This document shows positions 39,533 to 49,694 of a DNA stretch of 64,000 nt, in pieces. The notes under the pieces are model-generated. The model was given only the letters and a program-made list of their open reading frames with translations, made no database searches and was not told where the DNA came from. How positions within the stretch are numbered: position 1 is the stretch's first letter; each line of letters opens with the position of its first letter. The translations under genes were made by a program, and so were the position numbers. This DNA comes from an uncultured archaeon (lineage in GTDB: Archaea; Nanobdellota; Nanobdellia; Pacearchaeales; GW2011-AR1), in NCBI GenBank assembly GCA_963845205.1, contig CAWJRC010000004.1, positions 105,040 through 169,039 on the forward strand, given 5' to 3'.

Positions 39533-40390
39533 ATGAGCGTATTTGTTTTCATGGAAACATCAAAGTTACTAAAAAAGATTGGAGGAACGGCTTTGATTGC
39601 CGGTGCATTACTTGCACCCATGAAAAACGCAAATGCCGATGCTTATCTTTTTGGAAATTTTGGTATAGGCCTTGAAGCAAATTCTACTCCTGCTATTATT
39701 GTTCCTTCTGTTCCCGAATATATTAGAAATGTACCAGCTTATCCTGGAGATGAAGTAGATTATCCCTTTGCTCCTATTAAAGACAGTTCATTAGGATTAT
39801 ATAATGCCGGACTTATGGGAGATGCAAATGTAGGCATCGGAATTGTTGAGGATAATTTCAATATAAAAATAGGCGGAGGCGCAAAATTTGGTCCAGGTTC
39901 ATCAATGGTTGAGAGAAATTATCTTGGAGCTCCCGGAACAGACCAGAGAGGAGAAGGAACAGCATTAACTTATTACCAACTTTGCTCTGACATCCCTTTC
40001 GATTTATCTTTAAGATTATCTTATGATTTTTTAAATCCGAAAGAAGAAGCTGCAACAGCATCATTATTTATTGATTATTCTGCAAATTTTCTAAACAACC
40101 TGAGAATAGAAACAGGCTGGGACAGATATAACAGCCTTCAGGCAGATAATGAATACAATCTTGGAAACGTGCTTGTTCATGAAATAAAGGCCGGAATCCA
40201 TATTCCTTTGTTTAAGCCGAAATTTTATACTTGCAATGCCGGATCATTTTTGGAACTTTACGGAGAAGCAAATATTCCTCAGATAGTAAGCGAGACACAA
40301 CTTGGATCCGATGTTGGTTTGAATGTTAAGCCAAATTTTGGTGTCGGAGTAAAAATCGGATTTGAATTCGATACTTTACCTCGTGATTAA
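39533..40390 (+). CDS. secreted β-rich protein, tandem paralogue 1 (C-terminal FEFDTL)
   Basis: signal peptide ...NANADAYLFGNF; conserved blocks shared with 40432..41253. Confidence 0.55.
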   Translation: MSVFVFMETSKLLKKIGGTALIAGALLAPMKNANADAYLFGNFGIGLEANSTPAIIVPSVPEYIRNVPAYPGDEVDYPFAPIKDSSLGLYNAGLMGDANVGIGIVEDNFNIKIGGGAKFGPGSSMVERNYLGAPGTDQRGEGTALTYYQLCSDIPFDLSLRLSYDFLNPKEEAATASLFIDYSANFLNNLRIETGWDRYNSLQADNEYNLGNVLVHEIKAGIHIPLFKPKFYTCNAGSFLELYGEANIPQIVSETQLGSDVGLNVKPNFGVGVKIGFEFDTLPRD

Positions 40391-40431
40391 ATTGCAATAA
40401 AGCTTATAAATAAACAGACAAAATAATTTTT

Positions 40432-41253
40432 ATGAAAAAATCACTGGGAACAATTTTAGGCGCAGCAATTGTAGGCGCAGGATTATTATTTGCTCCTGTA
40501 AAAAAGGCAAATGCAGATTTTTATTTTTTTGGAAATTTTGAAGAGGGATTTGAAGAAGATTCTTCTGCGGCAATAAGCGTTTCATCTATTCCTGAACAAA
40601 GCGGCATTCTTGTTCCTATGCCCTCTCCTGTACTTAACCATCACCCATGTCCAATATATATGGTAAACTTTCTGGAAGGCAATGCACCCCAGTACATCAA
40701 AGCAGATTTAATTACTTTCAAAAAAGGCGAATTAGACCTTTATAATTCAGGATTTACAAGCGAAGCAAGAGCCGGCTTTGGAATTGAAAGCGGAAATTTT
40801 GACGTAAAGCTTGGCACAGGATTAAAGATCGGCCCAGATTCAATATTAAGAGACGGAACAAGCTATCTTGGATCTGATCTTCCTGTCAGTTTATTTTTGA
40901 GGCTGTCATACAATTTTCTTAATCCAAAAGAAGAAAAAATGACAGCATCTTTATTCGCGGATTATGCCGCAAATTTCATAGGCAATCTCAGCATAGAAAG
41001 CGGATACAGCAACTGCAATGTAGTGTACAATCTCGGAGATGTGCTTGTCCATGAATTAAAGGCCGGAATCCATATTCCTATTTTATTCAAAGACAAAAAT
41101 TTAGGCAATCTTGGACCTTTCTTAGAAATTTACGGAGGAGCAAATATTCCGCAGATAGTAAACGAAAATCCGATAGGATATGATACTGGCCTGAATGTCA
41201 AGCCCGATTTTAATGTAGGCGCAAAAATCGGCTTAGAATTTGATACATTGTAA
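40432..41253 (+). CDS. secreted β-rich protein, tandem paralogue 2
   Basis: signal ...KKANADFYFFGNF; LRLSYNFLNPKEE..TASLF.DY.ANF, LVHE.KAGIHIP, NVKP.F.VG.KIG.EFDTL shared with upstream gene. Confidence 0.55.
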   Translation: MKKSLGTILGAAIVGAGLLFAPVKKANADFYFFGNFEEGFEEDSSAAISVSSIPEQSGILVPMPSPVLNHHPCPIYMVNFLEGNAPQYIKADLITFKKGELDLYNSGFTSEARAGFGIESGNFDVKLGTGLKIGPDSILRDGTSYLGSDLPVSLFLRLSYNFLNPKEEKMTASLFADYAANFIGNLSIESGYSNCNVVYNLGDVLVHELKAGIHIPILFKDKNLGNLGPFLEIYGGANIPQIVNENPIGYDTGLNVKPDFNVGAKIGLEFDTL

Positions 41254-41312
41254 ATAAGGATTCTATCATCACCTTTTTAAATAAATAATTCTTGATTTTT
41301 TATATTAGTTTT

Positions 41313-41396
41313 GCGGGTGTGCTAGAGTGGTCAAATAGGCAGGACTTAAGATCCTGTGACTTAGTGTCTGCGCAGGTCCGAATCCTGTCACCCGCA
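41313..41396 (+). tRNA. tRNA-Leu (TAA)
   Basis: acceptor gcgggtg/cacccgc, anticodon arm cagga-ctTAAga-tcctg, long variable arm, T-arm caggtccgaatcctg. Confidence 0.85.
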
Positions 41397-41696
41397 TTAG
41401 AATTTTAATTTTAGATTAAAAATTATTTCTTTATCAATTCTTCCTGAATAAGGAACAGTATATCCCTGAAGATTCAATTCGGTTCCTATTCTATTAGAAT
41501 AAAGATTCAAGCCATTCTGAGATTTATATTCACCGAGCTCGATAACATGCTTTACAGGAATCTGAAAATTATTATTTGTAAAGGCCTGAAGAGAATTAAC
41601 AGCAAGCAAAGATACTAATGTCAAACCAACTTTTTTAAATTCCAGAATATCTTATAAAAAATATTCTATATAAAGTTTTATTTCCGGGAGTATATA

Positions 41697-42656
41697 TTAT
41701 TCAAACAGTCCGGAAATGGAAATTCCCTTCTGCGCCCTGTAAATAGCCTCTGCAAAGACAGGGCTAAGGTCTATCATTTCTACAGACGAATTATCCTGGT
41801 AGTGCGTGTTGCTTGTCATGATCCTGTTAAAATTTTTCGATAATTCTTCTGTCCCTTTTGTAAAAATTCCGTGAGTCGCGTAGCAGTATAATTCTCTTGC
41901 TCCATTTTCTTTGAGAAGCTTCGCAGCATGGCACTGCGTGTTTCCGGAATCTATTATATCATCAACAATAAGAACGTCAAGTCCCTTTACGTCTCCTACC
42001 AAGCGCATTTCTTTTATTTCTCCTGCTTTTTCCCTCTGCTTGTAAATAAAACATATCGGATGCTTCACTCCCATTTTCTGCGCGAATTCCCTTGCCCTGT
42101 TTACTCCTCCTGCATCAGGAGAAACGATCGCAAGATCTTCAAGACTCCTCACTGGCTTTTTTTCGAGATATCTTACCACTTCAGGAAAACTTCTGAGAGT
42201 GTCGACAGGACAGTCTGCAGGATAAAATCCCTGGATCTGGTCAGCGTGCAAATCCATTGTTATTATTCTCCTAAGGCTCGGAGAAATAGACTGCGCCAAT
42301 GCCCTCGCTGAAATCGGAACATGGGGCTTTTCTTTCCTGTCTTTCCTGCTGTAAAGAAGATCAGGAAGAACGAATGTGACTCCTTCTGCTGATGCGCTCA
42401 ACAATAAATCCTTGAGAAGCAAAAGCTCAACCCACCACTGCTGCGGATTTTTTGTAGAATCCTGAATGAAATATACCTGCCTTCCCCTTACATTTTCCGG
42501 AAGATGCATGTCAATCTCCCCGTTCCTGAATCTTGAAACAGAAACTTCTTTCAGAGGAACGTCAAGACCTTTTTTTTCTTTTATGTAATTCTGTATTTTT
42601 AAGGCAAAATTCCACGCATTGGATTTTTTGTCCGCAAGAAGCTGAACATCTTCCAT
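41697..42656 (-). CDS. prs: ribose-phosphate pyrophosphokinase (PRPP synthetase)
   Basis: VLIVDDIIDSGNT PRPP-binding loop; 319 aa. Confidence 0.85.
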   Translation of the reverse strand: MEDVQLLADKKSNAWNFALKIQNYIKEKKGLDVPLKEVSVSRFRNGEIDMHLPENVRGRQVYFIQDSTKNPQQWWVELLLLKDLLLSASAEGVTFVLPDLLYSRKDRKEKPHVPISARALAQSISPSLRRIITMDLHADQIQGFYPADCPVDTLRSFPEVVRYLEKKPVRSLEDLAIVSPDAGGVNRAREFAQKMGVKHPICFIYKQREKAGEIKEMRLVGDVKGLDVLIVDDIIDSGNTQCHAAKLLKENGARELYCYATHGIFTKGTEELSKNFNRIMTSNTHYQDNSSVEMIDLSPVFAEAIYRAQKGISISGLFE

Positions 42657-42721
42657 TAAATGAAATGCAAAAATTCGTTTAAATTATTTTCTGCGGCAGA
42701 GAATATAGAATCTAAGAAAAA

Positions 42722-43204
42722 TTAATTTGAAGGGGAAATTGTAAAATAACTTTCTCCATCTTCTTGAAAATTATCTTGGCCAGATGCTCTTTCAAACCAG
42801 ACTACTCTGTAAGTCCCATCTCCTCCAATAGAACTGTTCATTATCTTATTCATTAATCTTCCATCTGATTCTCCTGCATGACGGTAATCTCCATTACAGG
42901 GTATAATTTTTTCTTCCCATACTACTGGTTGGTTATTAGAGTTATATACCACCCATTCAACATCTTCTCCTGTATACCAGTTGGGATCGTGTCCTACGCA
43001 GATTATTGACTCATTATCCTTAAAATTATTTTTTATATTCACATATCCTTCAGGATAATATATTTGATTGTCCCCGTGAGTATCTGACCAATAATTGCAT
43101 TCGAAGAAAATCTTTCCTGGATCGTAAGCTTGAGCTGTTCCCATAGCCCCTGCAGACAAAGCAGCAGCCAATACTAAAGCGCCAATATTTTTTTTCATGT
43201 TCAT
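42722..43204 (-). CDS. small secreted protein, family member B
   Basis: signal MNMKKNIGALVLAAALSAGA; HDPNWYTGEDVEW, GDGTYRVVWF, FTISPSN. Confidence 0.55.
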   Translation of the reverse strand: MNMKKNIGALVLAAALSAGAMGTAQAYDPGKIFFECNYWSDTHGDNQIYYPEGYVNIKNNFKDNESIICVGHDPNWYTGEDVEWVVYNSNNQPVVWEEKIIPCNGDYRHAGESDGRLMNKIMNSSIGGDGTYRVVWFERASGQDNFQEDGESYFTISPSN

Positions 43205-43224
43205 AAATAAGCACCATAAATAAC

Positions 43225-43234
43225 GTTTATAAAC
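43225..43234 (-). promoter_or_regulatory. TATA box (gtttataaac) 21-30 nt upstream of start at 43204
   Basis: archaeal TATA consensus, leaderless spacing. Confidence 0.35.
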
Positions 43235-43265
43235 ATTTAGGAGATAAAAAGTATATTAATAAAGA

Positions 43266-44207
43266 TTATTTCTTTTTTGAATAATTTTTCTTTTTCAACT
43301 TATGATGAATTATTTTTTTCTTATAACCAATTTTTTTAATTGAAGCCCTTTTCTTTGCAAGAGAAATACAAGAGGGAATTAGGATAATCAAGACTACTGC
43401 TGCAATAATTATCCAGTCCAGATAAGACAAACCCAAAAATCCTTCTGTTACTGTCTGCTGCGTTTCCGCAGGAGGAACAGTTGTTGTATTCTCTACGGGG
43501 GTAAGCGTTGAAGCGATTGCAAAGTAACTGAAATGAGTAAGGTTAGTGCTGTAATAATCATAATTAGCGTCTTCTTTCTGGAATGTTGTTTCAAGCTGAT
43601 TCCACTGATTTGAACTTGCATTATATTCGAATAAAGCAACATCATTTTGTGAAAGACTATTCTGGCTGAGCCATGATTTATCAACTTTTGTTGTAACTAT
43701 TGCATTGCTTACTACTTCTGAAAGATTCTGGATTGTTATGTGAAGATATTTGTATGTTCCTGATTTGGTTGTTGAAACATTTAAGGGCAGAGAATTATAG
43801 TTTTGAACTTGAACATTCACATTATTTGCTGGGGAATTGACGCTTATCTGTATCTGACTCACCCCCGAATCTGCAGCAAAATTAGTCATGATTACAGGAG
43901 CAGAAGGCGTTATCTGCGTCCACTGATTAGATGTCGTTTCAGTAACCGGAGCAATTGCTGCGCCAGTACCAGAACCACCACCGCCTCCGGAAGAAGCTTC
44001 CCCTAACTGGACATAATAAATTCCTGTAGCTGTTCCGTTATTCCCTGCATTATCTGAAAAGCTGCAAGGCACAGTATAAGAACCGGTATTTGCCGTAGAG
44101 GGATTTGTTACTGTCAGAATCGTTCCCATATTAACCCCGAAGTAACATCGTACGGAGTACATACGCATGTGACAGTCTGTCCTACTGTCAAAGTAGAAGG
44201 ATTGCAA
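43266..44207 (-). CDS. surface glycoprotein, C-terminal fragment (C-terminal TM anchor + basic tail); likely continuous with 44114..45223 via frameshift
   Basis: β-rich T/S/N domains; ...IIAAVVLIILIPSCISLAKKRASIKK; first 26 aa of this ORF look like out-of-frame read-through. Confidence 0.5.
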   Translation of the reverse strand: MQSFYFDSRTDCHMRMYSVRCYFGVNMGTILTVTNPSTANTGSYTVPCSFSDNAGNNGTATGIYYVQLGEASSGGGGGSGTGAAIAPVTETTSNQWTQITPSAPVIMTNFAADSGVSQIQISVNSPANNVNVQVQNYNSLPLNVSTTKSGTYKYLHITIQNLSEVVSNAIVTTKVDKSWLSQNSLSQNDVALFEYNASSNQWNQLETTFQKEDANYDYYSTNLTHFSYFAIASTLTPVENTTTVPPAETQQTVTEGFLGLSYLDWIIIAAVVLIILIPSCISLAKKRASIKKIGYKKKIIHHKLKKKNYSKKK

Positions 44208-45223
44208 TTTACAGATCCTGCCGGAGGGGTGTTGTCGAAAGTTATATTTGATCTCACTATGCTGTTATTTATGTTGTTGGCATAATCAGTTGCCCAGACA
44301 GTGATGTTATAAACACCATCAGGTATGATGCTGGTATTTAATGTGGCATTCCATGAAGTCCCGAAAATTCCGGTCGATGAGGCGTTTAACTGATAAACCT
44401 GATGAAAGATTGTACTTGTGATGTTGAATGACAGATTGGCTATTCCAGTAGTAAGATCAGATGCGCTTACATTAAGAATAATTACTCCCGAATAATTCTG
44501 GAAATTTCTGATAGGAGAAGATATATTTGAAACAGTGGGGGGTATAGAGTCGACAGTAAAAGAAACACTTGAAAAATTAAGATTGTTTGCGGTATCATTC
44601 GTCCAGACTGTTACATTGTGCTGCCCATTGTTCCATGTAACATTTGTTATATTTGTACCACAGGGAATTGAGCTATTAGAAGTAAATGTATCGTTAGAAT
44701 ACCAGCAGCTTGAAAGAGCTATATTATCAGAGGCTGTATAGTTTACATTCAGATGTGTATTTGAAGAATTTGTGTTGTTGGCTGGAGTAATAATTGAAAT
44801 GTTTGGAGGAAGTGAGTCAAGGGTTATATTTGAAAATGATAATGAATTATTAAGACTCGTCAAATTGTAAATGAAACAGGAAATATTATAATTTGCGCTG
44901 TTGCCTATGGAAGTAATATTGATTGAAGCGTTTGTAAAAACAGTCTGGCTTGCTGTTATGTTTAAAATCTGCACGAGAAAATTTGTTGCTGCACCTCCGC
45001 TGGAATTGTAATAACAGGTTATATTTGACATGTTATTAGCACCGTTCGAATCTACTGTAACTGTCACATTTAAGTTAGTAGAATAATTTCCATACTGTAT
45101 CGGAGAATTAATAGTTGATGTGGCGATGATAAAAATAATAAATGCGGTAACGAAGAATATTCCGAATAATGCCAGAATATTTTCCTTGCTCATCAGCCTC
45201 TTTTTTTCTATCATATCAACCAA
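44114..45223 (-). CDS. surface glycoprotein, N-terminal fragment (signal anchor, many N-x-S/T sequons)
   Basis: TM LALFGIFFVTAFIIFIIATS; dozens of NxT/NxS; overlaps downstream ORF by 94 nt in a different frame across a C4 tract (44135..44138). Confidence 0.5.
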   Translation of the reverse strand: MVDMIEKKRLMSKENILALFGIFFVTAFIIFIIATSTINSPIQYGNYSTNLNVTVTVDSNGANNMSNITCYYNSSGGAATNFLVQILNITASQTVFTNASINITSIGNSANYNISCFIYNLTSLNNSLSFSNITLDSLPPNISIITPANNTNSSNTHLNVNYTASDNIALSSCWYSNDTFTSNSSIPCGTNITNVTWNNGQHNVTVWTNDTANNLNFSSVSFTVDSIPPTVSNISSPIRNFQNYSGVIILNVSASDLTTGIANLSFNITSTIFHQVYQLNASSTGIFGTSWNATLNTSIIPDGVYNITVWATDYANNINNSIVRSNITFDNTPPAGSVNCNPSTLTVGQTVTCVCTPYDVTSGLIWERF

Positions 45224-45264
45224 AATTATTAAGGAAAAAAGAATTTATAAATTCTGCTGAAAAA

Positions 45265-46029
45265 TTATTTGAACAGATTGGGATTCTGATTGATAATCCC
45301 CTGCGCAATCATGTCCGCATATATTCCAACCTGGGTGTATGCCGCATCTTCTTCTACAAAATAAGCATTATAATTTTTTGAATTCCAGGCATCTACAGCA
45401 GATTTCACATCATTAACATTGGCAGTAACCAGCTGCAGCATTGTATCATAGTCGAATACAGGATAAGGATTGTTATTGTTTGCCCAAAATTGGGCAACGC
45501 TTGCTTCATAGTCTAAAGCAGCAGTGTTGAAGATAATATTAGCTTTTGAAACATTATTCTTTACGTTATTGGCGTATGTAAGGAATATATTAGTCTTATT
45601 ATTCCACAAGCTTACAAATTGCTGCGCGACATTAGCTCCGTATATTGTTGTTAAAAGAGCGCCGACTTCATTTACATTATTCTGAAGCGCAACTAGAGAA
45701 GCATTATATGAAGCAGAAGAGTCCAATGAACGGCGAGTAGTGTAAATTAGCAAGAAAGTATGCTCCTGCAATAAATCATGAAGATGAGAATCAAATTGAT
45801 CCGCCTTAGTCAAGCTGACATTAAGATCATTCTGCAAAGTCTGGGTCTGCAGATTAGCGACCTGAGTATTTAGTCGAGAAATCTGAGCAGTCAAATCAGA
45901 AATCTGAGACTGTGATTTAGTAACCTGTATCTGAGACTGATTATAGAAATATGCCAGAACAGCCAAAGCAACAATTAAAATTGCCAAGATCAAAACCTGA
46001 AGTACACGTGTAGCTTTTGCTGCCCCCAA
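45265..46029 (-). CDS. N-terminally anchored surface protein, paralogue of 24047..24838
   Basis: ~50% identity over the C-terminal 170 aa. Confidence 0.55.
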   Translation of the reverse strand: MGAAKATRVLQVLILAILIVALAVLAYFYNQSQIQVTKSQSQISDLTAQISRLNTQVANLQTQTLQNDLNVSLTKADQFDSHLHDLLQEHTFLLIYTTRRSLDSSASYNASLVALQNNVNEVGALLTTIYGANVAQQFVSLWNNKTNIFLTYANNVKNNVSKANIIFNTAALDYEASVAQFWANNNNPYPVFDYDTMLQLVTANVNDVKSAVDAWNSKNYNAYFVEEDAAYTQVGIYADMIAQGIINQNPNLFK

Positions 46030-46110
46030 TTTTTTTTATATACCTCTTTGCCATCTTTCCCCTTTTACAAAATATATTATGGAATATATATTTATAAATA
46101 TTTCTTTTTG

Positions 46111-47211
46111 CTAATAACGGATATTAATTTTAATATTCCGGTAACTTACTTTATCCTCGTTTACTGTCAAAATTCCTGTCTGCCCCATATCCAAACATCC
46201 CGAGTTCCAGAATAATTCGTCTACAAATTCTCCGGGATTGACATGTTCTCCTTTTCTGTTGTTTGCCCTGTGGCCACTCTCATGAAAATGGCCGCTTAAT
46301 GCTTTTTTTATTCCCAGCTCTTCATAAAGATTTTTCAGGTCGTTGTTTCCCCTGTTTTCTTTTCTTTCTACAAACACCTGCCATCTTTCTACATTTTCTT
46401 TATTAATTATTTTGATTGCTTCGGATTTTATTTCCTCTTCGGAAAGTTCTCCAATAGAATATGCTTTTGTGCTGTTTGATTCTTCAACTATATTTTTTGA
46501 AACGCTTCCTGGGATTACTGAAAGTTCTGTGAAGGTATAATCCTGCATATTTTCTGGATTCCTATGATATACTCTTCCCTGCCAGAAATGAGCGACATCG
46601 ACGCAGGTTTCTAAATTGTCAAATCTTCTCGGAACATGGCAGACAATTATTGTCTTGTCGGGCTCTGTTACCAATTCTTTTATATCATTCATGTTGGTGT
46701 ACTGTATCGCGCTTCTGCTGATTCCTCTCTCTATAGCTTCGGCATAGTGATTAAGTTCTGTAAATTTCATTAATCCCTTTTCTGTCTTCAGATATCTTCC
46801 GCTCGGGACATTTTCATTTCCCAGATGGTATTCACCGCCATTTAGATAGTCTGATCCAGGCAGGAATATCAAATGATGGCTGTCCTGATCGACGTGGGAA
46901 ATTCTCTGCGTGTCAAAAATATTATCGTACTTCTCGGCAAAAAAGTCTATAACAGGGCCGTATCCCAGCAAACTCTCGTGGCTTCCGGGCTGGATGAATG
47001 ATTCCAGTCCTCCTTTGCCTATTGAATCCAATATGAAAGCCGAATAATCTTGAGTCTCTTTTAATGAATTTTGCCTGCTGAATATATCGCCGTTCACCAA
47101 AATTTTATTGACACCTAATTTTTTGAATAAATCAACTGCAACAGGGACCATTTTGGGATCCTGATGTACATCGGATATTACTCCATATTTGGTTTCTTTT
47201 GGCATGACCAA
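46111..47211 (-). CDS. calcineurin-like metallophosphoesterase
   Basis: GVISDVHQD, VNGDIF, GSHES, GHFHESGH. Confidence 0.6.
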   Translation of the reverse strand: MVMPKETKYGVISDVHQDPKMVPVAVDLFKKLGVNKILVNGDIFSRQNSLKETQDYSAFILDSIGKGGLESFIQPGSHESLLGYGPVIDFFAEKYDNIFDTQRISHVDQDSHHLIFLPGSDYLNGGEYHLGNENVPSGRYLKTEKGLMKFTELNHYAEAIERGISRSAIQYTNMNDIKELVTEPDKTIIVCHVPRRFDNLETCVDVAHFWQGRVYHRNPENMQDYTFTELSVIPGSVSKNIVEESNSTKAYSIGELSEEEIKSEAIKIINKENVERWQVFVERKENRGNNDLKNLYEELGIKKALSGHFHESGHRANNRKGEHVNPGEFVDELFWNSGCLDMGQTGILTVNEDKVSYRNIKINIRY

Positions 47212-47319
47212 TCATCAGCAACGCATTTTATAAATATTTCTAAAGTGTTGTCACTTTAAAAGCAGAACTATTTTGCAGGAAATAAATTATTCGAAATATC
47301 TTTTGCTTTACACAAAAGC

Positions 47320-47327
47320 TTATAAAT
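47320..47327 (+). promoter_or_regulatory. TATA box (ttataaat) 22-29 nt upstream of start at 47349
   Basis: archaeal TATA consensus, leaderless spacing. Confidence 0.4.
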
Positions 47328-47348
47328 AATATTTTATGATATTTATTT

Positions 47349-47825
47349 ATGAACATGAAAAAAAATGTTGGCGCTTTAGTATTGGCTGCTGCTATGTCTG
47401 CAGGAGCTGTTGGAGTTGCTGATGCTGCTTATGAACCTGGCAGAGTTTTCTTTGAATACAATTATTTTTATCCCAATGCAAATAATCAAGCCGACTACCC
47501 GGAATCTTTTAACGGGATAAAAACTTATTTTCGAAGTAACGAGCACTTGTTACTAGAAGGACACGATCCCAACTGGTATACAGGAGAAGATGTTGAATGG
47601 GCAGTTTATGGTCCTAATGGAAACTTGGTATTTGCAAAAGATCAGATTCAAATATTTAACGGAGGATGGGAAAGAGTAGGCAGTAACGGAGATTTGATGT
47701 CTTATCTTCTAAGTTCTCCTAATGGTGGATACGGAAATTACAGAGTTCTTTGGTATGACAAGCCGTATGGAGCAGGATACGATTATCAATTTGATGGTGA
47801 AAGTGATTTTAATATTTCCCAGTAA
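47349..47825 (+). CDS. small secreted protein, family member C
   Basis: signal MNMKKNVGALVLAAAMSAGA nearly identical to member B; HDPNWYTGEDVEW, GGYGNYRVLWY, FNISQ. Confidence 0.55.
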   Translation: MNMKKNVGALVLAAAMSAGAVGVADAAYEPGRVFFEYNYFYPNANNQADYPESFNGIKTYFRSNEHLLLEGHDPNWYTGEDVEWAVYGPNGNLVFAKDQIQIFNGGWERVGSNGDLMSYLLSSPNGGYGNYRVLWYDKPYGAGYDYQFDGESDFNISQ

Positions 47826-47850
47826 AAATAAATTTTAAAAATATAAAAAG

Positions 47851-48357
47851 TTATTGGCCGAAACAGCTCTGGTCTTTCAGGAGAGTTATGTATTTTAGGA
47901 ACAAAGTTGATGTGCTGTAATTGCTTGCGAATCCGAGGTCGCCGTTTTTGTTCGCTTCTTTTATTATATCACAGAGATTAGTGCTGTTCAGTTCAAAGAT
48001 ATATTTTGAATCCATTGTGATAGAAACTCCTGGCGTTCCGCTTTGCAGGATCTGATTGTTGCCTATAAGGAAACTGTTCTGCCACACTCTTTCCCCGTTC
48101 TGAAATGTATAGAATGTAAGAGATACTGGATTGTCTTCAGGAACGTCTTTTATGAACTGGCTTGAAAGAATTGCGTCTGTCACTTTTTCTATCTGGGCCT
48201 GGCTCAATGAACTGTGAACAATCGGGGGATTATTTGTTTTGACTACTGAACTTTTTTCTGCTGCTTTCTCTCCCAGAACAAAGAAAGATGCTGCGATCAG
48301 GATTACTGCTGCAAGGATAACAATGTAGATGAAAATCATTCTCCTTTTATGAATCAT
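47851..48357 (-). CDS. N-terminally anchored/secreted hypothetical protein
   Basis: 168 aa, N-terminal TM. Confidence 0.4.
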   Translation of the reverse strand: MIHKRRMIFIYIVILAAVILIAASFFVLGEKAAEKSSVVKTNNPPIVHSSLSQAQIEKVTDAILSSQFIKDVPEDNPVSLTFYTFQNGERVWQNSFLIGNNQILQSGTPGVSITMDSKYIFELNSTNLCDIIKEANKNGDLGFASNYSTSTLFLKYITLLKDQSCFGQ

Positions 48358-48397
48358 GAAGAAAAAAATTTTCCTGGCTATTTAAAGATTAACTTCT

Positions 48398-48619
48398 TCA
48401 TTCTTTTGGAGGGAATGTTTTATGTTTCTTAAAATATTCAAGTGCCTTAATTAGATTATCAAGTTCCTCTTCATCCATGAATTGGAGGATAATATTATAT
48501 CTATCCCCAGTTACATAAAAGACTCTTTTTCCTGTACTTTCAGATATTGTTCCCTCACAAGAACTAAGAACATCTTCCATCTTTTCCCCGCCTATTTCGT
48601 CTCTAATTTCTATTTTCAT
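48398..48619 (-). CDS. small hypothetical protein
   Basis: 73-aa ORF, 7 nt from next gene. Confidence 0.3.
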   Translation of the reverse strand: MKIEIRDEIGGEKMEDVLSSCEGTISESTGKRVFYVTGDRYNIILQFMDEEELDNLIKALEYFKKHKTFPPKE

Positions 48620-48626
48620 TCTTTAT

Positions 48627-49202
48627 TTAAGTCGACTCCAAACTTTTTAATTTGATTATTCTCTTTTTAAGAATTATCCCCTTCTCTTTGCATTCTTTGT
48701 TGAATACATCCAAAACAAAATCTACAGCCTCTTTATCTGGCCCGTTAAACTTTTTCATCTGGCTTTCTGAAAAATAATTAGAATGACGCAATTCTTCCTC
48801 TTTCATCAAAGAGAAAGTGCAATATGTTTTCAGAGTCTTATCCAGCTTCAATTTCTCCAGTAAATTTATCAACAAATCTCTCCTGCAGGCGATGCCGGGA
48901 AAAATCTCAACAGCATTTTTCAGGTCAAGCTTACTCCCGACCCTAACAACTTCTTTTTCGTCCGGATCTTTAGAAGACATGACATATCCTATAAAATCCT
49001 GAAGAAGCAGGGGGATTGTTTCATTCTGTTCATAGGAAATTTTATACAGCTGATATAATAAAAAGCCTTTTAAGCGGTTATCCTGTCCAGATTCTTTTCT
49101 GAGCTTCTGCATTAAACTCCAGCCGGTTTTATCTTCTGCATCTTTTTTGAACTCTTCATAAATTTTCTCTATTCTTATGTTAATATCCAAAAAAATTGCC
49201 AT
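48627..49202 (-). CDS. hypothetical protein
   Basis: 191-aa ORF. Confidence 0.35.
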   Translation of the reverse strand: MAIFLDINIRIEKIYEEFKKDAEDKTGWSLMQKLRKESGQDNRLKGFLLYQLYKISYEQNETIPLLLQDFIGYVMSSKDPDEKEVVRVGSKLDLKNAVEIFPGIACRRDLLINLLEKLKLDKTLKTYCTFSLMKEEELRHSNYFSESQMKKFNGPDKEAVDFVLDVFNKECKEKGIILKKRIIKLKSLEST

Positions 49203-49247
49203 TCACCAAATAAGAGTATATCGCTTTTATAATTTTCTAATTCAGAA

Positions 49248-49670
49248 TTAAAATTTTGAGTCATCATCGTCCAGACTAAAAATTGACATCCGATGAGCAG
49301 GGCCCAATCCTTTCCAGCCGTCATTTTTCTTGCTAGTCCCACTGTTCATTACAGGGAATGTCAGTCCGCTCTCTGTAACATCCTGATTCAGGTGGAACTC
49401 GCCGTGGCTTGCATCATATCTTTCTGTCAGGGAATATCCTTTCGCTTCCGGAGCAACATTCCCCAAGTCAAAATTAAATGATATATTTTCAGGGCCTTCT
49501 TTACTAAAGCCGGACACGCTTCCAATCGGCTTTATAGGTTCTATCGGCCTTAACTTACCCAATCCGCCAAACATAGGCTTGTCCCAAGGATCAATGCTGC
49601 AAATATATCTGTGATTTTCATTGCAAAATCTTCTTTCCGGATTGTATAAACTTTCTTCTAATCTGTTCAT
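49248..49670 (-). CDS. hypothetical protein
   Basis: 140-aa ORF. Confidence 0.35.
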   Translation of the reverse strand: MNRLEESLYNPERRFCNENHRYICSIDPWDKPMFGGLGKLRPIEPIKPIGSVSGFSKEGPENISFNFDLGNVAPEAKGYSLTERYDASHGEFHLNQDVTESGLTFPVMNSGTSKKNDGWKGLGPAHRMSIFSLDDDDSKF

Positions 49671-49694
49671 GTTATTTATTCAGAAGTTTTGCTT

